DNA of 23,719 nucleotides from a virus (Duplodnaviria; Heunggongvirae; Uroviricota; Caudoviricetes): IMG/VR virus record IMGVR_UViG_2671180296_000011, positions 1 to 23,719 of that record; one strand, 5' to 3'. Shown piece by piece: positions 16,087 to 23,719 of this stretch (position 1 is its first letter; each line of letters starts with the position of its first letter). The notes under the pieces were generated by a model. It saw only the letters and a program-made list of their open reading frames with translations, ran no database searches and was not told where the DNA came from. The position numbers and the translations under genes were made by a program.

Positions 16087-16609
16087 ACGAACCTCTGGCA
16101 GACATTTGTTTATCTGCAAAGTAATAATGATATTGCTGACGATACGCATGCTTGAAAGCAATAGCTTTTTCTATAAGCTCGTCAGTCTCACGTTCCACAA
16201 CAGATGGATCCGCAAAAAGCAGCCCGGACTCCACCACATCGCCATATTCTTTGTTTAACCCGGCGATCATGTACGTAATGCTTTTTCCGTCAGTAATTTC
16301 ACAATACAACCTGAAATCGCTGATCCGGATAGCCTCCATAATTGCCGGAATCAGCGCCGTGAATTTTTCCCGCTTATCCCTGGTGTCGATAACTTTCCAG
16401 CGTTCGAATATCTTCACCCGGTTAACGCCCAGCGCCCGTTGATCAACCTCGCCATCATTAAACGTGACGCGTTGAACATCGATGTTCGGGCGTTCTTTCA
16501 GAGCCCAGAATGCTTCCGTGATTAAAATCGTCGCCTGCTCCTGTGTCATTCCTGGTCGGCATACCCAGGCATCCAGAGCCTCACAAACCTGTTCAGGGGT
16601 GATTTTCAT
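16058..16609 (-). CDS. hypothetical protein (183 aa) at the cII position between cro-like and O-like genes
   Basis: Long ORF MKITPEQVCEALDAWVCRPGMTQEQ... whose 3' end overlaps the O-like start by about 29 nt. Family not recognised. Confidence 0.4.
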   Translation of the reverse strand: MKITPEQVCEALDAWVCRPGMTQEQATILITEAFWALKERPNIDVQRVTFNDGEVDQRALGVNRVKIFERWKVIDTRDKREKFTALIPAIMEAIRISDFRLYCEITDGKSITYMIAGLNKEYGDVVESGLLFADPSVVERETDELIEKAIAFKHAYRQQYHYYFADKQMSARGSYEYRCTTVG

Positions 16610-16820
16610 TGTTCAACCGCCCCGCCCGCTTTGCCTTACGATATTCGTCATAAACTTTGGGGTCGTACTGAAGTTCCCCGCCGGATGCCTCTTGCAGGCG
16701 CATCGCGCGACCTTCAGGAACCAGTTCCCCCCATTGAGAAACAGCAGATGGATCAACACCAGCAGCTTTCGCTACTTTGGCTTTCGTCCCATAAAAATTA
16801 ATTACGTCTGATTTAAACAT
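16593..16820 (-). CDS. dicC: DicC-like Cro-type regulator
   Basis: Start at MFKSDVINFYGTKAKVAKAAGVDPSAVSQWGELVPEGRAMRLQEASGGELQYDPKVYDEYRKAKRAGR with GGAGG RBS. Divergent from dicA. Matches recalled DicC. Confidence 0.7.
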   Translation of the reverse strand: MFKSDVINFYGTKAKVAKAAGVDPSAVSQWGELVPEGRAMRLQEASGGELQYDPKVYDEYRKAKRAGRLNNENHP

Positions 16821-16897
16821 CACCCCTCCAAATTTGAGTTTTCTCAATACTAATAACTCAAGGAATCTCAAGTCAAGGGTTATTAAGATATCTAAAT
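16821..16897. promoter_or_regulatory. divergent dicC/dicA promoter-operator region
   Basis: 77-bp AT-rich intergenic region with palindrome TTGAG-TTTT-CTCAA (16834-16847), repeated CTCAAG elements and AGATATCT (16886-16893). Confidence 0.5.
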
Positions 16898-17305
16898 ATG
16901 AACGAGAAAACTTTAGGTCAACGAATTAGAGAAAGACGCAAACAGGTTGGTTTAAGTCAAAACGATTTAAGCAAAGCTGCTGGCGTATCTGGCTCATCAA
17001 TTTCACTATGGGAAAGCGACCATACAGCCCCGCGCGGGCAAAATTTGCATCGCCTGGCTGAGGTATTGCAATGTTCACCAACTTGGATACTGTTTGGTGA
17101 CGAGGATAAAACACCAGATCCACCAGTTGCACTCAACAGCGCCTTAGACTTACCGGAAGATGAGTTGGAGATGTTGCGATTGTATCGCGCACTTCCAAAA
17201 TCAGAGCAGCAAGCACAAATCAGCGAACTCCGTGCCCGCGTTGAGAATTTTCATCGCCTATTCACCGAGCTACTAGAAGCTCGCAAACGTAACAAACATC
17301 AATAA
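16898..17305 (+). CDS. dicA: DicA-like repressor (XRE-family HTH)
   Basis: 135 aa. ...LGQRIRERRKQVGLSQNDLSKAAGVSGSSISLWESDHTAPRGQNLHRLAEVLQCSPTWILFGDEDK... closely matches recalled E. coli DicA, including LQCSPTWILFGDEDK. Confidence 0.85.
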   Translation: MNEKTLGQRIRERRKQVGLSQNDLSKAAGVSGSSISLWESDHTAPRGQNLHRLAEVLQCSPTWILFGDEDKTPDPPVALNSALDLPEDELEMLRLYRALPKSEQQAQISELRARVENFHRLFTELLEARKRNKHQ

Positions 17306-17498
17306 CTCCCCCCTTCACAAATTTTAAAGCCTTACATTTCAATGTATTGGCTTTATTTTGCATTAAATATTTAGTTTTCTCATTAAAAGCACTTGACCAA
17401 TTTCAATGAGAAAACTAAATTATCATCCATCAAGACACCGCACGGTGTTCTCAGCAAACAGTTCCGCTACCCCGGCGTTAAGGGGAAATGAGGTCAGC

Positions 17499-17654
17499 AT
17501 GGATACTATCGATCTTGGCAACAACGAATCTCTGGTGTACGGCGTGTTTCCCAACCAGGACGGCACGTTCACCGCGATGACGTATACCAGAAGCAAAACG
17601 TTTAAAACCGAAGCTGGCGCGCGTCGCTGGCTGGAAAGAAATTCAGGTGAGTGA
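17499..17654 (+). CDS. ydfA: YdfA-like small protein (51 aa)
   Basis: MDTIDLGNNESLVYGVFPNQDGTFTAMTYTRSKTFKTEAGARRWLERNSGE with GAGG RBS. The ORF-track N-terminal extension starts inside a palindrome and is not used. Confidence 0.8.
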   Translation: MDTIDLGNNESLVYGVFPNQDGTFTAMTYTRSKTFKTEAGARRWLERNSGE

Positions 17655-17655
17655 T

Positions 17656-17784
17656 ATGGATTTCGACGCAATCATGGAAAAGGCTTACGAAGAATACTTC
17701 GAAGGCCTTGCCGAAGGCGAAGAAGCTCTCAGCTTCAGTGAGTTTAAACAGGCGCTTTCCAGTTCGGCAAAATCTAACGACTGA
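17656..17784 (+). CDS. ydfB: YdfB-like small protein (42 aa)
   Basis: Manual translation MDFDAIMEKAYEEYFEGLAEGEEALSFSEFKQALSSSAKSND. Starts 1 nt after the ydfA stop. Below the ORF-track cutoff. Confidence 0.65.
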   Translation: MDFDAIMEKAYEEYFEGLAEGEEALSFSEFKQALSSSAKSND

Positions 17785-17813
17785 TAAGCGAAGCGGCACC
17801 GCGAGGAATCAGT

Positions 17814-18029
17814 ATGCAGAAACGAGAACCCGTCATCATCGCACCAGACTATACCGAGGATGAAATTTACGAATGGATGTGCGGAAAGATACGCGCCATT
17901 AATGACCTGAAGCAGGCCGCTGACTACAAAGAGCGCCTCTCTAAAGAACTGGTGTCAGCGGAGCAGGATATTACCACTCTGGCAAAAAGCGCGGCATTAA
18001 ACGTTTCGCGAGTGATTGAAAACTACTGA
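17814..18029 (+). CDS. ydfC: YdfC-like protein (71 aa)
   Basis: MQKREPVIIAPDYTEDEIYEWMCGKIRAINDLKQAADYKERLSKELVSAEQDITTLAKSAALNVSRVIENY. Position after ydfA/ydfB as in Qin. Confidence 0.75.
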   Translation: MQKREPVIIAPDYTEDEIYEWMCGKIRAINDLKQAADYKERLSKELVSAEQDITTLAKSAALNVSRVIENY

Positions 18030-18204
18030 CCAATGAGCTCAAGTAGTTCTCCGCAGATGAAGTGCGTGCGCCGGACACGGATAAACCTCCGGCATGCTCT
18101 TTAACAATCTGGATATTCCTAACCACAAAGAAATCGCATCAATTTGGATTTTGTGGGCAACTTCTCGTGTTGTTCGATGGAGACGCCTATTTTGATCTGT
18201 GTTT

Positions 18205-18564
18205 TTAAGATCGCAATATCTTTAAGTAATGACCAAATATGATCATCTGTTTTTTCAGAGTTTTTAACTGAATTTTCAATTCCGAATCAGAATATTTTTC
18301 TGCATCATCAAAAAGCTGCAAATATTCTGCGGATTTTCTCATGGCATTACCTGACTTTTGTCCGAATCCATAAATCGTTTGGACGGTTGCGATCACAACA
18401 ATAAAAACGCCAGAAATTTCCGGAATGAATCCGCCAATGACAGATGAACCGAGGATAATACTCACTACTGAGAAAAGTTTATCGAGACGACCAGTCGCTA
18501 CAGAAAACAGTTGCTCAAGAAAATAGCCATATAAAATTCTGTCAAGAATATCATCCCGGTCCAT
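18205..18564 (-). CDS. hypothetical 119-aa two-TM hairpin membrane protein in AT-rich insert, antisense to the early-left operon
   Basis: ORF MDRDDILDRILYGYFLEQLFSVATGRLDKLFSVVSIILGSSVIGGFIPEISGVFIVVIATVQTIYGF... with AGGTGA RBS 7 nt upstream. AT-rich DNA. Two adjacent hydrophobic helices flanked by charged helical segments. Confidence 0.5.
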   Translation of the reverse strand: MDRDDILDRILYGYFLEQLFSVATGRLDKLFSVVSIILGSSVIGGFIPEISGVFIVVIATVQTIYGFGQKSGNAMRKSAEYLQLFDDAEKYSDSELKIQLKTLKKQMIIFGHYLKILRS

Positions 18565-18912
18565 ACACCATCACCTGCTTGTGCTCTTTGCTCTGTCATA
18601 TGATTTCCTTGGATCGTTGGGGATATCCAGATTATACAGATTTCCTGTCGTTGGGGAATGACGGAAACCACCTCGCCTGACGTGGTTAAAAGCAGGCACA
18701 CAACACGAAAGCGCACGGCGAAGTTCGTCTCACTGCACGGTGTCGTTAAATTTAATTCGACCGTGCGCTTCCGGTTGTGGCGACCCGCGAAATGGCGCGG
18801 CGGTAAGTATGGCGGGGGTGGGAGGGACGCCTTTCCCCGTTGAGGACACCGGGTTGTCAGGTTGACCATACGCTTAAGTGACAACCCCGCTACAACGCCC
18901 TCTGTTATCAAT

Positions 18913-18965
18913 ATTCTGGTGACAATTGGCGGTATCAGTTTTACTCCGTGACTGCTCTGCCGCCC
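18913..18965 (+). ncRNA. dicF: DicF small regulatory RNA (ftsZ-targeting), ending in its intrinsic terminator
   Basis: ATTCTGGTGACAATTGGCGGTATCAGTTTTACTCCGTGACTGCTCTGCCGCCC followed by TTTTTT matches recalled K-12 dicF, with the GGCGG...CCGCC terminator stem. Lies immediately upstream of dicB. Confidence 0.8.
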
Positions 18966-19141
18966 TTTTTTAAAAGTGAATTTTGTGATGCGGTGAATGC
19001 GGCTCAGCGCACGCGGAACAGTTAAAACCAAAAACAGTGTTATGGGTGGATTCTCTGTATCCGGCGTTAATTGTTAACTGGTTAACGTCACCTGGAGGCA
19101 CCAGGCACCGCATCACAAAATTCATTGTTGAGGACGCGATA

Positions 19142-19330
19142 ATGGAAAAGTTATCATGTAATGCCAGCACGTCTGAACTTCGTTTCGAAATTGGCGTTAT
19201 CACTGGAGACAAAACATTTATTGAAGACGCCATTAAGCAGAGAAAACTCGAGCAGGACCTGTTAAATGAAGTATGCATTCCTTCAATGCTGGCTCGTCTG
19301 GACCTGCTGCAAAAAGGATATAAACAATGA
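19142..19330 (+). CDS. dicB: DicB cell-division inhibitor (62 aa)
   Basis: Internal Met start MEKLSCNASTSELRFEIGVITGDKTFIEDAIKQRKLEQDLLNEVCIPSMLARLDLLQKGYKQ, homologous to DicB as recalled. The upstream part of the ORF-track frame overlaps dicF and is not coding. Confidence 0.85.
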   Translation: MEKLSCNASTSELRFEIGVITGDKTFIEDAIKQRKLEQDLLNEVCIPSMLARLDLLQKGYKQ

Positions 19331-19518
19331 ATACAACATTTGCACTCGTTCTGACAGTTTATCTTGTTTCCGGCGAATCTCTTGAGCTGGTGACTGGCTT
19401 ATACGGTTCAATGAAAGAATGCATGGCTGCAGCAGCAGAACAAAAAATTCCCGGTAACTGTTATCCGGTAGATAAAACTACTCACACTAATAATAACGAA
19501 ATACCGGCAGGACTTTAA
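19327..19518 (+). CDS. ydfD: YdfD-like small membrane/lysis protein (63 aa)
   Basis: MNTTFALVLTVYLVSGESLELVTGLYGSMKECMAAAAEQKIPGNCYPVDK... overlaps the dicB stop (ATGA). Matches recalled Qin YdfD. Confidence 0.8.
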   Translation: MNTTFALVLTVYLVSGESLELVTGLYGSMKECMAAAAEQKIPGNCYPVDKTTHTNNNEIPAGL

Positions 19519-19611
19519 AACAGCACCGTAATTAATATCCGGTTTCATTTTTATATGCCAGCAATGGCAGGGATTTGTTCACCCTTAAATCTGTAATGAG
19601 GTTAAAACAAA

Positions 19612-22083
19612 ATGAGTAAAGTCTTTATTTGCGCCGCCATTCCGGACGAACAGGCAATAAAAGAAGAGGGCGCAGTTGCTGTAGCCACTGCCATTGAAGC
19701 CGGTGATGAACGCCGCGCCCGTGCCAAATTTACCTGGCAATTCCTGGAGCAATATCCTGCTGCTCAGGACTGCGCTTATAAATTTCTTGTCTGCGAAGAT
19801 AAACCCGGCATGCCCCGCCCTGCTATCGACTCCTGGGATACCGAATATATGCAGGAAAACCGCTGGGATGAGGAATCCGCTTCCTTTATTCCGGTCGAAC
19901 CAGAATCCGATCCGATGAACGTCAATTTTGACAAGCTGTCCCTTGAAGTACAGAACGCGGTCCTGGTTAAGTTCGGTACATGTGAAAACATCACCGTTGA
20001 TATGGTGATTAGTGCACAGGAATTGTTGCAAGAGGACATGGCAACATTCGACGGGCATATCGTTGAGGCATTGATGAAAATGCCTGAAGTTAACGTCATG
20101 TATTCAGAGCTTAAGCTGCTCGCCATCGGGTGGGTTAAACATAAATGTAAGCCGGGTGCAAAATGGCCTGAGATCCAGACAGAATTACGCACATGGAAAA
20201 AACGTCGCGAAGGCGAACGCAAAGAAACCGGGAAATACATGTCTGTTGTAGATCTCGCCCGCGCCAGAGTCAACCGGCAGAACACTGAAAACTCAACAGG
20301 AAAAAACCACCCTGTCACTGCCGCCATTCGTCGCGAATACAAGCAGACATGGAAAACACTGGATGAAGAACTGGCCTACGCTTTCTGGCCTGGTGATATT
20401 GATGCCGGAAACATTGACGGCAGCATCCATCGCTGGGCAAAAAATGAAGTTATCGACAAAGATCGCGAAGACTGGAAGCGCATTTCCGCATCAATGCGCA
20501 AACAACCCGATGCCGTCCGCTACGACCGTCAGACTATTTTTGGTCTTGTCCGTGAGCGTCCGATCGACATTCACAAAGATCCCGTAGCACTGAACAAATA
20601 CATCACTGAATACCTGGCGACAAAGGGCGTATTTGAGGATGAAGAAACAGACCAGAACACTGCTGATATTCTCCAGCCGTCAGCAGCACAAACTGATGCA
20701 GTGGAAACTGAAGTATCTGATACCCAAAAAAATGAAAGCACGCTGGAAACTGAACCATCTGTAGAGCGTGAGGGGCCGTTCTACTTCCTTTTCACAGATA
20801 AGGATGGCGAAAAATATGGTCGTGCAAACAAACTTTCTGGTCTGAATAAGGCGCTGGCTGCAGGGGCTACTGAAATCACGAAAGAAGAATATTTTGCCCG
20901 CAAAAACGGTACATACTCAGGCTCACAACAAAATACTGGTGCATCTGACACGACCGCACAACCAGAGCCGGTAAAAGTTACCGCTGACGAAGTAAACAAA
21001 ATTATGCAGGCAGCCAATATCAGCCAGCCTGACGCTAATGAACTGCTTGCTGCCTCTCGCGGAGAATTTGTTGCAGGGATTAGCGACCCGAATGATCCGA
21101 AATGGGTGAAGGGGATTGAAACCCGCGATTCAGTGAATCAGAACCAGCAAGAAACGGAACAGAACGACCAGAAAGCGGAACAAAACAGCCCAAATGCGTT
21201 ACAAAACGAGCCAGAAACGAAACAATCCGAACCAGTAGTGCAACAGGAACCGGAAAAAGTCTGCACCGCCTGCGGTCAGAGCGGTGGCGGCAACTGCCCC
21301 GATTGTGGCGCTGTCATGGGCAACGCAACATACCAGGAAACATTCGATGAAGAGAATCAGGTTGAAGCTCAGGAGAATGATCCGGAGGAAATGGAAGGCG
21401 CTGAACATCCACACAAGGAGAACACTGGCGGCAATCAGCATCACGCCAGCGATAGTGAAACTGGCGAGGCGGCAGATCCCTTAATTAAGGTGAATGGTCA
21501 TCACAATCTCACATCCACCAGCAGAGCGGGGATTCATCTGATGATCGACATTGAAACCATGGGAAAAAATCCCAATGCCGCGATTATCTCAATAGGCGCA
21601 ATATTTTTCGATCCACAAACCGGAGATATGGGACCGGAATTTAGCAAGACCATCGATCTGGATACTGCTGGCGGAGTTATTGATCGTGACGTCATTAAAT
21701 GGTGGCTGAAGCAATCACGTGAAGCGCAGTCTGCCATTCTGACCGATGAAATCCCGTTAGATGATGCACTACTGCAATTGCGGGAATTTATCGCCGAAAA
21801 CTCCGGTGAATTTTTTGTTCAGGTCTGGGGAAATGGAGCCAACTTCGACAACGTGATTTTACGCCGTTCATACGAACGGCAGGGGATCCCCTGCCCCTGG
21901 CACTACCACAACGATCGCGATGTACGCACAATCGTTGAGCTAGGGAAAGCCATAGACTTCGATGCCAGAACAGCTATCCCATTCGAAGGTGAGCGCCACA
22001 ATGCACTTGATGACGCCCGTTACCAGGCAAAATACGTTTCAGCTATCTGGCAAAAACTGATCCCGAGTCAGGCTGATTTTTAA
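19612..22083 (+). CDS. large multi-domain protein (823 aa): N-terminal unknown domain, acidic linker, CxxC...CxxC zinc ribbon, C-terminal DnaQ-like DEDDh 3'-5' exonuclease
   Basis: Uninterrupted 2.47-kb ORF. C-terminal motifs MIDIETMG (Exo I), WGNGANFDNVIL (Exo II) and HNALDDARYQAKY (Exo III, H-x4-D). Zinc ribbon CTACGQSGGGNCPDCG. Occupies the ydfE position after ydfD. Confidence 0.6.
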   Translation: MSKVFICAAIPDEQAIKEEGAVAVATAIEAGDERRARAKFTWQFLEQYPAAQDCAYKFLVCEDKPGMPRPAIDSWDTEYMQENRWDEESASFIPVEPESDPMNVNFDKLSLEVQNAVLVKFGTCENITVDMVISAQELLQEDMATFDGHIVEALMKMPEVNVMYSELKLLAIGWVKHKCKPGAKWPEIQTELRTWKKRREGERKETGKYMSVVDLARARVNRQNTENSTGKNHPVTAAIRREYKQTWKTLDEELAYAFWPGDIDAGNIDGSIHRWAKNEVIDKDREDWKRISASMRKQPDAVRYDRQTIFGLVRERPIDIHKDPVALNKYITEYLATKGVFEDEETDQNTADILQPSAAQTDAVETEVSDTQKNESTLETEPSVEREGPFYFLFTDKDGEKYGRANKLSGLNKALAAGATEITKEEYFARKNGTYSGSQQNTGASDTTAQPEPVKVTADEVNKIMQAANISQPDANELLAASRGEFVAGISDPNDPKWVKGIETRDSVNQNQQETEQNDQKAEQNSPNALQNEPETKQSEPVVQQEPEKVCTACGQSGGGNCPDCGAVMGNATYQETFDEENQVEAQENDPEEMEGAEHPHKENTGGNQHHASDSETGEAADPLIKVNGHHNLTSTSRAGIHLMIDIETMGKNPNAAIISIGAIFFDPQTGDMGPEFSKTIDLDTAGGVIDRDVIKWWLKQSREAQSAILTDEIPLDDALLQLREFIAENSGEFFVQVWGNGANFDNVILRRSYERQGIPCPWHYHNDRDVRTIVELGKAIDFDARTAIPFEGERHNALDDARYQAKYVSAIWQKLIPSQADF

Positions 22084-22152
22084 TGTTCAACCATCGCCGG
22101 TTGTGACTGGTATTCTGCAACCGGCCCTCATCTGATGTAAGAGATAAAAGCG

Positions 22153-22404
22153 ATGAGCGAAGTAATCATGATTGTCTCTCCCGGTAAATGGGTATCTGAA
22201 GAACAGCTAATTGCACTGAAAGGAATAAAAAAGGGAACGCTAAAAAAAGCCAGAGAAAAATCGTTTATGGAAGGAAGGGAATATAAGCATGTCGCCCATG
22301 ACTGTATGCCATGGGATAACAGCCCATGCTTTTACAACCTGGAAGAAATAGATCGCTGGATTGAACGCCAGGCATCAGCAAGACCAAGGCGTCATCTTAC
22401 TTGA
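22153..22404 (+). CDS. putative excisionase-like protein (83 aa)
   Basis: Small basic protein encoded immediately upstream of the integrase. Function inferred mainly from position and size. Confidence 0.45.
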   Translation: MSEVIMIVSPGKWVSEEQLIALKGIKKGTLKKAREKSFMEGREYKHVAHDCMPWDNSPCFYNLEEIDRWIERQASARPRRHLT

Positions 22405-22423
22405 GTAAAAACAATACTAACCA

Positions 22424-23719
22424 ATGAGAGAAGCTGAAATGAAATATCCGACAGGTGTGGAAAACCATGGTGGGAAATTACGTATCTGGTTTGTTTATAA
22501 AGGTGTAAGAGTCAGGGAAAATCTTGGGGTTCCTGACACGGCAAAAAACAGGCGCATTGCAGGTGAGCTGCGCGCCTCTGTTTGTTATGCAATAAAAACC
22601 GGCGTTTTCGACTATGCAAAACAGTTTCCCTCCTCACACAATCTGGAAAAATTTGGTGAGGCCCGACAAGATTTAACAATAAAGGAACTGGCTGAAAAAT
22701 TTCTGGCACTGAAAGAAACGGAAGTCGCAAAAACGTCAATCAACACGTACCGTGCCGTCATCAAAAATATTCTGAGCATAATCGGTGAAAAAAATCTTGC
22801 ATCGTCGATTAATAAAGAAAAATTGCTGGCGGTACGTAAAGAGTTACTTACTGGATACCAGATCCCCAAAAGTAATTATATTGTTACTCAACCCGGGAGA
22901 TCGGCTGTCACCGTAAATAATTACATGACAAATCTTTACGCCGTGTTCCAGTTTGGTGTTGATAACGGTTACCTGGCAGATAATCCGTTTAAGGGGATCT
23001 CGCCATTAAAGGAATCAAGAACCATTCCTGATCCTCTTTCACGGGAGGAATTTATCCGTCTTATCGACGCCTGCAGAAATCAGCAGGCCAAAAATTTATG
23101 GTGTGTTTCTGTTTATACAGGCATTCGCCCTGGTGAACTGTGCGCGCTTGGGTGGGAGGACATAGATCTGAAAAATGGAACAATGATGATCAGGAGAAAT
23201 TTAGCAAAAGATCGTTTTACGGTACCGAAAACACAGGCTGGTACCAATCGGGTAATTCACCTTATCAAGCCTGCAATCGACGCTCTCAGGAGTCAGATGA
23301 CACTAACGAGGCTGAGCAAAGAACATATTATTGACGTTCACCTCAGAGAGTTCGGCAGAACAGAAAAACAAAAATGCACCTTTGTTTTTCAACCTGAAGT
23401 GTCAGCGAGAGTAAAAAATTATGGTGACCATTTTACCGTTGACTCAATAAGGCAGACGTGGGACGCAGCGATAAAGCGCGCTGGCCTCCGCCACCGCAAA
23501 TCATATCAGTCGAGACATACTTATGCCTGCTGGTCGCTGACAGCCGGTGCCAACCCGGCATTCATAGCAAACCAGATGGGACATGCAGATGCGCAAATGG
23601 TGTTTCAGGTATACGGGAAATGGATGTCTGAAAACAATAATGCACAGGTAGCCCTGTTAAATACACAGCTAAGCGAGTTTGCCCCAACCATGCCCCAAAA
23701 CGAGGTGGCGCAAAATTAA
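22424..23719 (+). CDS. int: phage tyrosine integrase (site-specific recombinase)
   Basis: 431-aa ORF with C-terminal catalytic region containing ...RHTYACWSLTAGANPAFIANQMGHAD...VYGKWM... (R, H-x-x-R and Y motifs of tyrosine recombinases). The alternative start MKYPTGVE is at 22439. Stop codon is the last 3 nt of the window. Confidence 0.85.
   Translation: MREAEMKYPTGVENHGGKLRIWFVYKGVRVRENLGVPDTAKNRRIAGELRASVCYAIKTGVFDYAKQFPSSHNLEKFGEARQDLTIKELAEKFLALKETEVAKTSINTYRAVIKNILSIIGEKNLASSINKEKLLAVRKELLTGYQIPKSNYIVTQPGRSAVTVNNYMTNLYAVFQFGVDNGYLADNPFKGISPLKESRTIPDPLSREEFIRLIDACRNQQAKNLWCVSVYTGIRPGELCALGWEDIDLKNGTMMIRRNLAKDRFTVPKTQAGTNRVIHLIKPAIDALRSQMTLTRLSKEHIIDVHLREFGRTEKQKCTFVFQPEVSARVKNYGDHFTVDSIRQTWDAAIKRAGLRHRKSYQSRHTYACWSLTAGANPAFIANQMGHADAQMVFQVYGKWMSENNNAQVALLNTQLSEFAPTMPQNEVAQN

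Noticed and set aside
14645-16442. Plus-strand ORFs across the P/O region (14645..15136, 14820..15170, 15256..15459, 15456..15752, 15794..16258, 16152..16442)
   Set aside because: Antisense to replication genes. The iteron repeats generate repetitive frames (FWV/FGC-rich) that are not credible proteins.
17406-17498. N-terminal extension of ydfA (ORF-track start at 17406)
   Set aside because: The ATG lies inside the right arm of the 14-bp palindrome. YdfA homolog starts at MDTIDLG with its own RBS.
18640-18912. Retron msr/msd-like ncRNA, suggested by long inverted repeats in a GC-rich structured segment
   Set aside because: No reverse-transcriptase ORF anywhere in the window. The stems are more simply explained as DicF precursor processing structure.
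18498-19031. 177-aa minus-strand ORF
   Set aside because: Overlaps dicF and the structured GC-rich segment and overlaps the 119-aa gene. The sequence is low-complexity (PPPPY, poly-Arg) and looks like a chance frame.
19037-19141. N-terminal extension of dicB (ORF-track start at 19037)
   Set aside because: The extension overlaps the dicF terminator region. DicB homolog begins at MEKLSCN (19142).
19585-20342. Minus-strand ORFs 19585..20058 and 19776..20342 antisense to the 823-aa gene
   Set aside because: They lie wholly inside a long plus-strand ORF with clear domain motifs and have no RBS or recognisable family.
22084-22152. Inverted repeat GCCGGTTG / CAACCGGC between the 823-aa gene and the excisionase-like gene, considered as an att core or terminator
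   Set aside because: 8-bp arms with a 15-nt loop and no U-tract. Too weak to call, and att sites are expected beyond the integrase, outside the window.
1-23719. CRISPR array or cas genes
   Set aside because: No regularly spaced direct repeats of CRISPR type were seen. The only repeat clusters are the ori iterons and IS1 ends.

Overview
This window reads as a defective lambdoid prophage with Qin-like early/immunity genes and an Stx-phage-like late region, joined on the left to a host Mn-catalase gene by an IS1 copy. All calls rest on reading the sequence and recalled protein-family similarity; no database search or folding program was run. Left to right: Mn-catalase 5' fragment (1-433) cut by IS1 (434-1201, insA/insB, no flanking direct repeat); a minus-strand lysis cassette (Rz/Rz1 1559-2026, SAR endolysin 2505-3038, S21-type pinholin 4136-4351) interrupted by an AT-rich two-gene insert between holin and endolysin; a TerB-like gene with a coupled small membrane peptide (4912-5504) where Stx phages carry stxAB; a three-tRNA cluster (5678-5931); an orphan DNA methyltransferase (5972-7030); an AT-rich multi-TM protein (7553-8272); a candidate late promoter/terminator pair and Q-like antiterminator (8408-9333); RusA, a YdfU-like protein and small nin-region ORFs (9330-11376); a Hok toxin (11626-11781); a low-GC island with a plus-strand isochorismatase-like gene (12207-12791); nin-region ORFs, P-like and O-like replication genes with iterons inside O (13086-16086); the dicC/dicA immunity switch (16593-17305); then plus-strand ydfA-ydfB-ydfC, an AT-rich insert with an antisense 2-TM protein, dicF sRNA, dicB, ydfD, an 823-aa protein with a C-terminal DEDDh exonuclease domain, an excisionase-like gene and a tyrosine integrase ending at the window edge. 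No stx genes, CRISPR array, head/tail genes or att site are visible. The most interesting unexplained content is the set of cargo insertions at 3113-4132, 4912-5504, 7553-8272, 11840-13080 and 18030-18912.
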